The notes: generated by a model from the sequence alone, not told the origin. A stretch of 64,000 nt of DNA from Selaginella moellendorffii (GCF_000143415.4 NW_003314432.1:62001-126000), one strand, 5' to 3'; positions 26,160 through 37,295 are shown, counted from the stretch's first letter. A program made the numbers and translations.

Positions 26160-28812
26160 TGTGTGAGGCACTACTTTGATGATGTCCTATGACTAAGGAG
26201 GAACATGAGATGCATGTGAGGCAAATGTTGCCGCTATTGAGGGAGAACAAGCTGTATTCTAAACTGTCAAAGCGTGAGTTCTTCTTGGAGGAGATCACCT
26301 ATCTCGGACATGTGGTGCCACGAGATGGTGTGCGGGAAGATCCTCAAAAGACTCAGATAGTCGTTGACTAGCTTGTTCCCCCTACTGTGCATGGGTTTCT
26401 TTGGTATGGTGGGAGTCTTTTGCCGGTTTGTGAAGGACTTCTCCTTGATTGCTGCTCCTTTGATGGATATTCTTTGAAACACCACCAAGCATGTTAAGTT
26501 GGTGTGGGGTGAAAGTGTCAAGAAGCGTTTGAGTGGTTAAAGCAATCATGTATATTCTACAAATATTTGCTTGTGATAAGCCACTTGTGGTAGAAGGCTA
26601 AGGCTCATGCTCATGAGTCCTTTTCTCTTTCTGATCCTAGTGAGGCCATGGGTGTCAGTGTGGACCAAGGAGAGAATGTATCTACTCATGTTCTAGCTGA
26701 CACTTCTGTCACTAAGCTTTCTGAAGGAGTGAAGAAGAATTGTATCAACTCATCTGAGCTGTAAGGTTGTTTGTGCAATGAGTTGTGCATAGCCAAGTGC
26801 TTAGTGTCCTCTTTGACTCTGGTGCTACGCATACTTTCATTAACAAGGCTAGTGATGAGGGTATAGGAGCTGTCTTGGTGCAAGACTGCTGTCCTATTGC
26901 CTACATAAGCAACAAGTTTGACACAACTTAGCTGAACTGCCAACTCGGGATAGGAAGTTGTATGTTGTAGTTGTTGTGGTCAAAGAGTGGAGGCATTATC
27001 TGTATGGTTGGATTTTTCATGTGGATAACTTTACCACTTGTCACTCTTTTCACTTGCCAGATGGAGCTTCGAGGCCGGCTAGCTCATTGACTGGAGTTTT
27101 TGCAGGAAATGGATGTGCATTCCAAACCACTAGAGGAGTTTAGGTCTGGGGTTTAAGGTGACTAAAACTGATTTCCCCAGGGATTCCCAAGTAAAAGTCA
27201 AAGGGTAATTTTGACCACAGATTACTTGGGAATTCAGAAGATTGATGTTTAAAGCAAAGTTACTAGGTTTTCCAAGATCTACAACTTTTCTTTAAGACAA
27301 TTTTCCTGTTTCTGAAAGGAGTAGACAGTAAAGGTGGTTGTTTCTCCATTGGTTAGGATGGTGAACTCTATATCGTTTGGGAAGGTCTCCAGTGGTTTGC
27401 TGGATGAAATTAAAGAGCTTGCTGACTTCGACTCCTTTGTAGTGAAGGCATGTGCAGTTGTTTTGAAGGGGGACGCCTCTTCCAATGCGATTGTGCTTCC
27501 TTTGATGTACAAGATGGTTTCTTAGTCAAGAGGAATCAGGCTATGGTTCCTAGAGATGATGTTCTTTTACAGTGGATTCTGTAAGAGTGTCCATTGCACC
27601 AAGTGCAGGACATCGAGGACGTGTGTTCTGGTAGAGATGCATTTATTTTGGCCTGGAATGAAGTCAGGTGTTGATAAGTATGTGGACAGTTGTTAGACCG
27701 GCCAGGCAGTCACAATGGATTGTGAGAAGCATGAAGGTCTCTACCATAGTTAACCTCAACGGAAGTGGGATAGCATTTTCTATGAGTTTCATAGAAGGTG
27801 CTTCAAGGCAATGTTGCTATCTGGGTTGTTGTGGATTGTGTGATGATGTTGGCTCACTTCTTCCTTGTGAAGACGAATGCTAAGGCTTTTGACCTTGCTC
27901 AGCTGTATTTCTCTATGGGCTGCCTAAGGATGTTGTAAATGATCGGGATCCCATGTTCACTTTGGTGTTTTGGCAGATGGTGTTCCAGAAGCTTGAGACA
28001 AAGCTGAGCATGAGCATCCACAGTCAGATGGACAAACAAACGAGTTAATTAGGTGCTGGAAGACATGCTAAGATCGTTTGTTGGTCATCTGAAGAGGCAA
28101 GGTATTGGGGAGAAGTACCTGCCTTTGCTAGAGTTTGCCTATAACTGTGCCTTCCATTTGGCTATTGAGATGGCTCCGTTTATGGCAATGTATGGCTTTC
28201 AACCTTGGTGCCCTGTTGGTATGAACTTGGTTTCTCTGGAGTTGGCTGATGAGCATCATCAGCACAAGCAGTTTCAGGTTGGAGACAAGGTTTTCCTTCG
28301 GTTGTCTGAAGCTCAGTGAGCTCTTCAAGGTGGAGGTAGTTCTAAGTTGTTGCCACAGTACTGTGGGCCTTGGATTATTCTCAAACGAGTTGGAGACCTT
28401 GCCTATCAACTAGACTTGCCTAGTGGTGTGAAGATTCATCCCGTCTTCTATGTAGGAAGTTGAAGGCGTGTTTGCATTCTGGTAATATCTTGGACCAGTC
28501 TGTGATCAAGATTCCAGAGATAGATGTTTGAAGGTTGGCCCTACTTGTGTGTTATAGCAACAGCTAGCGCACACACATCGTAAGACTTGGAGAGAGTTAC
28601 TTGTTCAGTGGAATGGTTATTCTCCATATGATGCTACATGGGAAGCTGAGGATGATGTTGTTTCCTAATCTTGAGTATGACTTGGATGACATTCCAGAGG
28701 AAGAGGAGAAGTAGTCACTTGCTCCTATCCTTTCTTTCTTTTCTGACCCCGTTGATGGTTGGAGGTGTTGTGTCACGTGAGACAGTTAGTGGTTTTGTTA
28801 GCGGGATGCTTT
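26160..28812 (+). mobile_element. Degenerate chromovirus-type Ty3/gypsy (RT tail, RNase H, integrase, chromodomain, start of 3' LTR)
   Basis: EEHEMHVRQML..LRENKLYSKLSK, VKEWRHYLYG, QVLEDMLR, YLPLLEFAYN, chromodomain LVQWNGYSPYDATWEAEDDV (~28600-28660), and TGTCACG at ~28771. Confidence 0.8.
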
Positions 28813-30465
28813 GCTAGCTTCTCTCTCCTGAGCTACTGTTCATTGTAGTTGGAGCAGAGGGAAAAAATGTCACCATATTTCGTGATGAACCAGCTGATTC
28901 TGGACCTAGGTCTCTGATCAAAGAGCCAAATACCAACTGCAAATTTGCATGTGAAGAGGTGTTCAAACATCTCCACGGGGTTTTCATTGCATAGAATACA
29001 CAGAGTTTTGTGAACTGTGAGCCAATCACCAACAGGGATGCTGTCCTGCACAAGAAGCCAGCTTACCTTAGCTTCCACCAGTGTCTTCCACATGTTCACA
29101 ATGTACTTCCGATTCTTCAACTTTCGCATAAGCTTGGTGTCAATTTTATCCATCAAAAGCTCTCTGCCATGCTTAGACCTGTACATAAAAAAAGACACAC
29201 TGAACTCATTACCTTCCCCGGATAACTGAGCCGGATCCTATATAAGATTAGATATAGGTACTCCCCAAACTAGTGTATTGCCGAGCATTCTCCCAGTTGA
29301 ACCTTAGGATCCAGTTCAGTGTATTTCCCTCTCTGATGTATCGTCCTGATCCTTTTACCGAAGGCCATCCTGGGAACCGGGACCTCCTCGGGAACTATAC
29401 ATGGAAACAGTGCACCACTGTTATGGGGATAAAAAACAATACCTTGAGGTGATGGGGTTGTTTCCATAACAAAGATGATTTGAGTCTCAGCACCATCAAG
29501 CATTATCCAATCATGAACCTCGATAACTTCAGTTTGTAAAGCAAGATGAAGGCAATCACAAGCGATGCTGCCTTAAGCTTTGATGTGGAGTTTTCATCCT
29601 GGGTTGTAATGGGTTGTCATGAGGCCATCCGATGAGCAGGGTTTGCTCCAAGCGGACGTTAAACAAATACCTGACTTTACCTTTTTCATTGTATCATAGC
29701 TTGTCCACTGCTGAGGAAGAAAAACAAGATCCCAACAAGAACTTTGCTGTAAGTGATGGCTTGCTAGCTCTTTGTAGATCCAATAAGTCTTTGATTGAAG
29801 CTCCCACATTTCTATGCCACCTAGGCCAAAAATCTCTATCCAAGCCTGGAGCTGAACAGTCACCTATATACTGTTGATTACTGTTCTTATGCGCTACATT
29901 GAAGAACAAGCAATCAGCTAATGCCTCTGTCAGATGGTCTGGTTCTTTCTGACTTAACCTGGGTAGGAGTGTGACTTCCATATCTTCAACATCTCTTTTG
30001 CTATTCCATCCTGGACTTTCTTTGTGTTGAGAGGAGCAATGCCAATCGATTCCTTGTTTATAGTTACCACCTTGGCTAGGCAAGATCTTCTGTAGTTGAG
30101 CTCTGAAGAGGAAGTGCCAGCTTTGGTTTCGTGGATATAAACCTGACACAAGCACTTTGAAGAGAAGAGCTTTGGATTGAATTCCTGGGTGTGGCACATT
30201 CCGAATAACTGAATTCCACTCTACTTTTGCCCAGACTTTGCACCCGCTGGAGTTTCTAAAGTTTCTACATATGTCGTTGGTGATCAAGTGTTGGTGAGTT
30301 ATCGGGTGTTGCAGATCCAAGGTTTTTGCTGCGTAGGTCCTTATCACATCGTCCAACAAGTTGGTCCATGTGGTGACACTCAATGCACAATGTCAAGAGA
30401 AGATCCATGTGAAGCGGTTAGCTCAATATTGTGTGTGAACGGATTGATGTAAGGATTCTACCATA
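28813..30465 (-). mobile_element. Degenerate non-LTR (LINE) ORF2 3' region
   Basis: zf-RVT-like VSWLLVQDSIPVG...CILCNENPVEMFEHLFTCKFAVGIW, plus upstream Trp-rich ORF remnants. Confidence 0.65.
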
Positions 30466-32788
30466 TATTCTATGGTAGATATAGATAAACTCAACAAGAT
30501 TGGAATACAAAACTTTTTAATAATAATAAATTAACAATTTTTAATGTGTATTTATGGAGCCCACAAGAGTAGGGTGAGGTGTTATTATATTATGTTATTT
30601 ATATGCTCATATGATGCTGAGGTTTAGGGATATGAGTTTTATGGCCCAGGTAAGTTAGAGGAAGGAAAAAAAGAATTAATTAGAGTGAAAATGCGAGTTA
30701 TTGTGAAATTAGAGTATAAATGTGAGTTAAGAGTTAACACAAGCTAAGAGTAAAAACGTGATGTAGCAGCTTAAAAGAGGGAAGTAGGAATGCTTGGATG
30801 GAGTTCCACCAGGTAGAAAAGACAAGTCATACCTCAAGCCTCGGATTGCTCTCACCCGGTTGCCTACTTTAATCAAGCCCCGAACCACCCAGCAGTCTTG
30901 GCGCACAGGGATGACATCAGCCCTAACCTCTTGCTCCACTGCTACTTCTGAGCTGCTAGCAGCTTCTCCCCTCCTTAAGAAAAAAGGTCTGTTGTTCTCT
31001 TGGAGTTCAAGAGGCATCCTCTTCACCGTCTCCTCTGTTTTTGCTAGCTAGTTACTCTTACAAGAAGGAGCACAAGCCAAGTTCAGCTCCATGCTCAGCT
31101 CTATCATCTCCTCTTTAAGACACCTCACCTCTTTGAAGCCATTCAGGAGAGCTAGCACGCTTCACGTCTAGACGTCCCCCCCCCCCCCCTTTTTTTTTGC
31201 GATTGTCTCTTCAAACTCATCATACTTATTTAACTCACCAAACCTTCAGTTTGCACGCATCCGCACGTCAAGATTGTTGGAGAGCTCAACTGGAAGATGG
31301 AAAAAGGCCAAGGTGACTCATGGGGTTTCAAAACCTGCACTCGGCTTGGTCTCCTTGAGCCAGGACCATTTCTCCAGGAGATAACTTATGCTACAACACT
31401 CTCTGCTCGACGATCTCAATGTGGAAAGATCCACAAAGCTGTCCCACTCATCATAGTTGTAGAAGAAATCATCCTCATACTGCATCTGCAACCTTGCTCG
31501 AGCCCAAGCCTCCCCCATCGCAAGCTTCTCCCTCATCTTGATCAGCTCACACTTGAGGCGGCAAAACAAGTCCAGGTCCTGCGGAACAACAATGGAATAC
31601 ACCTTTCCCGGGTACCTGTCTCGAAATCTGTGAAAGTACAGTGGACGATGTGGTGTTTCAGATCGCAGCGGAATGATAACTTGATGAAAGCAACAAAACC
31701 ATCGAGCTCGCTCTTTGGGGATCAATTATCATCTCCTCCTTTGAAGCGATGAGCAGCAGGCCTTGATCGCATCCAGAAGTACTAGAGATAGTCTGCAAAA
31801 GCAAGTTTGACACCAGTTATTTTGGCAACACAGAAGAAAAAGAAGAAAAATAAACTCAAGTTTCAAAATTTATAGAGATCCATACAATCCAAATCAAGAT
31901 CAATCCTTTACGAACTTAATGCCGCTTTCAGCACCTCTAAGCTCTGCCAAAAAACGTAGCGCCACAATCGTTCGCTTGAAAATCTGAAGATGTCAATCGA
32001 AGCATGCAAGCAAAAACATGAAGTGAAGAAGCGCAGGTGGACAACAAAGGAGATGAACTGAGCGAGGCCAAGAACACATATAAGGACTGAATGTAAGCAC
32101 GTGAGGCCTTGCGCGGTTTTTTCCTCCGTGCGTGGCTTCATGTGCGAAGAGTTTGGTGTGGTAAGGTATGTTGTGGAGCAGCCAGAAGCCCAGGGTGAAT
32201 ATAAGTATGTGAGGCCTTGTGAGGTTTTACCACCGCCCAAGGACTCCTGTGCATGGGCCCCGGGCGAGAGTCATTTGTGAAAGTGTTCTGCATGAAACTG
32301 GTACCCTGAGGCTTCTGGCCACGTGGCCCCATGATTAATTTGTGTAGAGTGTGGTTTATTTTTGCATATTAAGTGTAGTTAGCAGATTATATTGAAGAAC
32401 TGAAGACTACCTACAGTTAAGTGCTTGCAGCAACAGATCATATAAAAAATGAATGCAGAGAATAACCAATTGGGATTTCTAGGAAGTTCGTGCGTGTTGT
32501 TAGTAATAATAATAATAATCATAAAAACCTGTTCAGCCAGTTAGAAGATTGTCTGAAAATTATGCATGTACAGCTCTTGAGCAACTGATTGCTGCTGGCT
32601 CACTTTCTATATATATCAAAGAGATTTTTTTTTAACAATAAACATCTAAGCTGCTGCAGTTAAGCTGTGACATTGTAAAGTTTAAAAAGGAAAAGAATTA
32701 GAAGGCTAAGTAATAACAAATCGGGATTTCTAGGGTATGCGTGCGGCGCTAGGGTTTGTGTGGTGTGTGTGCATTTCTCAACAATCTC

Positions 32789-35700
32789 ATGGAGTTCAGG
32801 GATCCCACTTTCTGGTGGGACAACAGGTTCAAGAAGAAAAACAAGTTCTTCTCAGAGTCCTACCCGGATTTCAAACATGTTTCTACCGGAGAGAGCCTGT
32901 GGATCGCCAACAGGAAAACACCGACCTGGGTCTCTGCAAAACTCGAGTCGCTCGCTGACCCAGCTGTAGGTAAGGCCACCACGGCCCGCTACAACTCTCC
33001 ACATACCGCACCTGTAGCTGGTGATGAACCGGTGAGTTTAGGGAGGCTGATACACCGCGTGAGAGACTCAGCTGAGAGCAGATCCCTTTCTTTGGGAAAA
33101 CAAGCCCATGAAGCTGTGCTCAAGAGTGATGAGCACAAAAACAACATCTACTTGTTGACGGGATTGATCGATATGTACTGCAAGTGTGGCGAGCTTGAGG
33201 AGGCTCGCAAGATTTTCCACTCCATGGGAACTCGGAGTGTTGTGTCCTACAACGCGATCATCCAGGGCTGCGGCTCGAACGGGCAAGCTGAACTTGCTCT
33301 GGAGTACTACTCTGCCCTGAGAGCTTGTACCACCATTCAACCCAACGATCGGACACATGTCGCGGTGATCAGCGCCTGCTCCAGACTTGCTACCGAATCC
33401 AGCGAGAAGAGGGAGAGAGCTCTACGCATCGGGATGGAGATCCATTCAATGCTGAGCAAGGAGAAGAAACAGGTAGATCTGTTCGTGGCGACTTGCCTGG
33501 TAGACATGTACTGCAAGTGTGGCGAGCTTGAGGAGGCTCGCAAGATTTTCCACTCCATGGGAACCCGGAGTGTTGTGTCCTACAACGCGATCATCCAGGG
33601 CTGCGACACGAACGGGCAAGCTGAACTTGCTCTGGAGTACTACTCTACCCTGAGAGCTTGTACCTCCATTCAACCCAACGATCGGACACATGTCGCGGTG
33701 ATCAGCGCCTGCTCCACACTTGCTACCGAATCCAGCGAGAAGAGGGAGAGAGCTCTACGCATCGGGATGGAAGTCCATTCAGTACTGAGCAAGGAGAAGA
33801 AACATCTAGGTTTGTACATGGCGACTTGCCTGGTAGACATGTACTGCAAGTGTGGCGAGCTTGAGGAGGCTCGCAAGATTTTCCACTCCATGGGAACTCG
33901 GAGTGTTGTGTCCTACACCGCGATCATCCAGGGCTGCAACACGAACGGGCAAGCTGAACTTGCTCTGGAGTACTACTCTGCCCTGAGGGCTGATACGACC
34001 ATTCAACCCGACGATCGGACACATGTCGCGGTGATCAGCGCCTGCTCCACACTTGCTACCGAATCCAGCGAGAAGAGGGAGAGAGCTCTACGCATCGGGA
34101 TGGAAGTCCATTCAGTACTGAGCAAGGAGAAGAAACATCTAGGTCTGTACATGGCGACTTGCCTGGTAGACATGTACTGCAAGTGTGGTGAGCTTGAGGA
34201 GGCTTGCAAGATTTTCCACTCCATGGGAACTCGGAGTGTTGTGTCCTACACCGCGATCATCCAGGGCTGCAACACGAACGGGCGAGCTGAACTTGCTCTG
34301 GAGTACTACTCTGCCCTGAGAGCTGATAACACCATTCAACCCGACGATTGGACTTATGTCGTGGTGATCAGCGCCTGCTCCACACTTGCTACCGAATGCA
34401 GCGAGAAGAGGGAGAGAGCTCTACGCATCGGGATGGAGATCCATTCAATGCTGAGCAAGGAGAAGAAACAGCTAGATCTGTTTGAGGCGAATTGCCTGGT
34501 AGACATGTACTGCAAGTGTGGTGAGCTTGAGGAGGCTCGCAAGATTTTCCACTCCATGGGAACTCGGAGTGTTGTGTCCTACACCGCGATCATCCAGGGC
34601 TGCAACACGAACGGGCGAGCTGAACTTGCTCTGGAGTACTACTCTGCCCTGAGAGCTGATAACACCATTCAACCCGACGATCAGACTCATGTCGTAGTGA
34701 TCAGCGCCTGCTCCACACTTGCTACCGAATCCAGCGAGAAGAGGGAGAGAGCTCTACGCATCGGGATGGAGATCCATTCAATGCTGAGCAAGGAGAAGAA
34801 ACAGCTAGATCTGTTCGTGGCGAATTGCCTGGTAGACATGTACTGCAGGTGTGGCGAGCTTGAGGAGGCTCGCAAGATTTTCCACTCTATGGGAACTCGG
34901 AGTGTTGTGTCCTACACCGCGATCATCCAGGGCTGCAACACGAACGGGCGAGCTGAACTTGCTCTGGAGTACTACTCTGCCCTGAGAGCTGATAACACCA
35001 TTCAAGCTAATGCTTGCACCTACACCTGCGTCCTTGTTGCTTGCGGGAGTGTGATGGCGGTCAAGCTCGGGAGGGAGATTCACCAGCTGGCGAAGCATGA
35101 AGGGCTGCTGAAAAACAATCCAGTTCTGGGCTCCAGCCTGGTGAGCTTCTACGGCAAATGCGGCGATGTTGATTCTGCTCAGGAAGCGTTTGACGAGTGC
35201 CGAGCTCGGGACAACACGGGTCTCTGGAACTCTCTCATACAGGCTTACACTCTCCAGGGCCGATCGATTGAGGCCTTGGAGCGTTTCTATTCCATGACTC
35301 AGGAGGAGGGCTGTAAAGCTGACGATGTGAGTTTTGTCTCGGTGTTGAACGCTTGCAGCCATGGTGGTCTGGTGGGGAAAGGAAGGCAGCTTCTGGATGA
35401 AATGCCCAAGCAGTATGGAGTGAAGCCACGTCTGGAGCATTATGTGTGCCTGATCGATATGCTCGGGCGAGCTAACCTCCTCGATGAAGCTGTGAGAGTT
35501 CTCAGAGCCATGCCTTTTGAACCGAATGCAGTGGTTTGGACGTCCCTGCTCGGAGCCTGCCGGAAGTGGAAGAATTACACGATCGGCAAACTCGCGTTTG
35601 AGCGTCTTGTGGAGATGGATCCCAAGAGCGGCACACCTTACGCATTGATGGCCAATATATTTGGAAACCTGGGGATGCTCAGTGAAAGGGCCGCTGTTGT

Positions 35701-36148
35701 GGAGAGAATGAGAGGTGAAGGCAGCTTCAGGGAGCCCGGGAGAAGCTGGTGGACGGATGTTAGCTCAGGAAAAGTGCATTCTTTTTCTGTTGGGGATAGG
35801 AGTCACTCACAGAGCGACGAGATTGCGGCCAAGCTCAAGCAATTGTTGCTTAAAATGAAAGAGGAGGGGTATGTGAGCGATGTGATCAACGTTCTAAAAG
35901 ACATACCCGAGGAAGAGAAAGAGGATCACCTGTGTGGCCACAGCGAGAAGCTTGCGCTGGTGTGTGCTCTGGTGAACTCGCACCAGAAGGAGACCATCAG
36001 AATTGTGAAAAATCTCCGAGTTTGTGACGATTGCCATGCGGCCACTGCTCTCATCTCTAAGCTGGAAAAAAGGTTAATCATCTGCAAAGATGCCAGTCGG
36101 GTTCATGTGTTCCAGGATGGCAGATGTTCCTGTGACAACTACTTTTGA
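32789..36148 (+). CDS. PDF(OSB)-PLS-PPR-E1-E2-DYW:WW protein, putative C-to-U editing factor
   Basis: Uninterrupted frame (open from 32756, first ATG at 32789, 1119 aa). N-terminal WWDNR..K..YPDFKH..TGESLWI..P.WV, ~23 PLS motifs, E1 AVVWTSLLGACRKW, PGRSWWTD, HSEKLA, KNLRVCDDCH, HVFQDGRCSCDNYF. An upstream exon is possible. Confidence 0.92.
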   Translation: MEFRDPTFWWDNRFKKKNKFFSESYPDFKHVSTGESLWIANRKTPTWVSAKLESLADPAVGKATTARYNSPHTAPVAGDEPVSLGRLIHRVRDSAESRSLSLGKQAHEAVLKSDEHKNNIYLLTGLIDMYCKCGELEEARKIFHSMGTRSVVSYNAIIQGCGSNGQAELALEYYSALRACTTIQPNDRTHVAVISACSRLATESSEKRERALRIGMEIHSMLSKEKKQVDLFVATCLVDMYCKCGELEEARKIFHSMGTRSVVSYNAIIQGCDTNGQAELALEYYSTLRACTSIQPNDRTHVAVISACSTLATESSEKRERALRIGMEVHSVLSKEKKHLGLYMATCLVDMYCKCGELEEARKIFHSMGTRSVVSYTAIIQGCNTNGQAELALEYYSALRADTTIQPDDRTHVAVISACSTLATESSEKRERALRIGMEVHSVLSKEKKHLGLYMATCLVDMYCKCGELEEACKIFHSMGTRSVVSYTAIIQGCNTNGRAELALEYYSALRADNTIQPDDWTYVVVISACSTLATECSEKRERALRIGMEIHSMLSKEKKQLDLFEANCLVDMYCKCGELEEARKIFHSMGTRSVVSYTAIIQGCNTNGRAELALEYYSALRADNTIQPDDQTHVVVISACSTLATESSEKRERALRIGMEIHSMLSKEKKQLDLFVANCLVDMYCRCGELEEARKIFHSMGTRSVVSYTAIIQGCNTNGRAELALEYYSALRADNTIQANACTYTCVLVACGSVMAVKLGREIHQLAKHEGLLKNNPVLGSSLVSFYGKCGDVDSAQEAFDECRARDNTGLWNSLIQAYTLQGRSIEALERFYSMTQEEGCKADDVSFVSVLNACSHGGLVGKGRQLLDEMPKQYGVKPRLEHYVCLIDMLGRANLLDEAVRVLRAMPFEPNAVVWTSLLGACRKWKNYTIGKLAFERLVEMDPKSGTPYALMANIFGNLGMLSERAAVVERMRGEGSFREPGRSWWTDVSSGKVHSFSVGDRSHSQSDEIAAKLKQLLLKMKEEGYVSDVINVLKDIPEEEKEDHLCGHSEKLALVCALVNSHQKETIRIVKNLRVCDDCHAATALISKLEKRLIICKDASRVHVFQDGRCSCDNYF
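33170..35005 (+). repeat. Intragenic tandem repeat, 333-nt period, ~5.5 near-identical units (S31+P36+L44 aa)
   Basis: ATGTACTGCA recurs at 33173, 33506, 33839, 34172, 34505 and 34838. Confidence 0.97.
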
Positions 36149-37295
36149 AAACATGTCAGTGCTCTTTCTTGCAGTTATCCCTGGTTTTAAACCCTCTGTG
36201 AGTCAAGCAGAAACATGGGCCGCTGAGTGAGCATCAAAGAGTTTGGGTACCGGCAATTCTTCATACTAAGGCTTATTATCTGAATCTGGGTGCTCCGTTT
36301 TGGGGCACCTGTTAGCAGGTTTAGTCACGATTCTGCTACCAAAAAGAAATTTAAATTTAAGACAACGTGTCATCCTCCTTTTGCATAGTTTTAACTTTTA
36401 AATGTTAATTTTTTCTCTGTGAAGTTCAGGTTGACGGCGTTGCTGATAGCAAGTACCGCCTCATGTTCTGGGAGCAAGGTGATGGCGGCTTGTGGCATGA
36501 CCAACTTTGGGTTTGTGCTCCTAGAGCACGTTGAAGACGTGTGGAAGCTGGTGACGACGGCATTTGTTTCTTGCAACGTACTCACCAGTTCCTCAGCGAC
36601 ATCTTCCTTCCAGATTTTTTGAGCTTGTCGTGAGTGGTGACTTGCTTGCTCTCTCCTGTGATGAGCCTCTGGTGCCCAACCTCAAGGCTCTCTTGTGGAT
36701 GGAGCTAGCCCTACACAGTCAACCAGCAGATGCACAAATCGTTGAGAATTAGCAACAAGTGTGTATCATAGGCTCAGTGCGTAGTGTACTAGTGTATATG
36801 TACATGTGTTTCAGCTAAATATAATGGGCCAAATACACCGAAGAAAGAAGAGTAGAAACAAATTAAGAAATGTAAATTAAGAAGTGCAAAAGAAATGAAA
36901 ATAAAAATTGTCCATCCTCATCAGTTTACTGAAATTAAGTTGGATTCAATTCTTCCAGCTCCAAATATTGTGTGATTGAGTTGTAAGTTAATTAATAGTA
37001 GAAAATAAGAAAAAAAAAACAAACATTGAAAAAATAGTGTTTGATAATATCTTCTTTGCTTTTAGTTTTTTGTTTTTGAAAGAAAATTAGTGGGGAGTGC
37101 TGGTAAAGATATCTTTGCCGTTTATTGGTGGTTAATTAAATGAGCATGCTTAGAGATGTTTATAAGAGTTTAGCTCTGGACCAAGAGTTATCCGAAAATT
37201 AAAGTTCAAAATTTATGTTTTCCTTATTTGCACAATAACTTAAGCTAAAGTAATATACTTACCCGTATTTTTTATGGGAAAATTATTATTCGCAC

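Noticed and set aside
33170-35005. CRISPR-like array
   Set aside because: The repeats are contiguous 333-nt in-frame coding units with no spacers, in a eukaryotic context.
33068-35440. Repeated antisense and alternate-frame ORFs inside the PPR-DYW gene
   Set aside because: These are shadows of the repetitive sense ORF and have no independent motifs.
35735-36148. Reverse (U-to-C) DYW:KP editor
   Set aside because: It has PGRSWW and canonical HSEK, not the KP-type signature.
36360-36760. Coding-like patch downstream of the DYW gene
   Set aside because: Only short ORFs with no recognisable motif.
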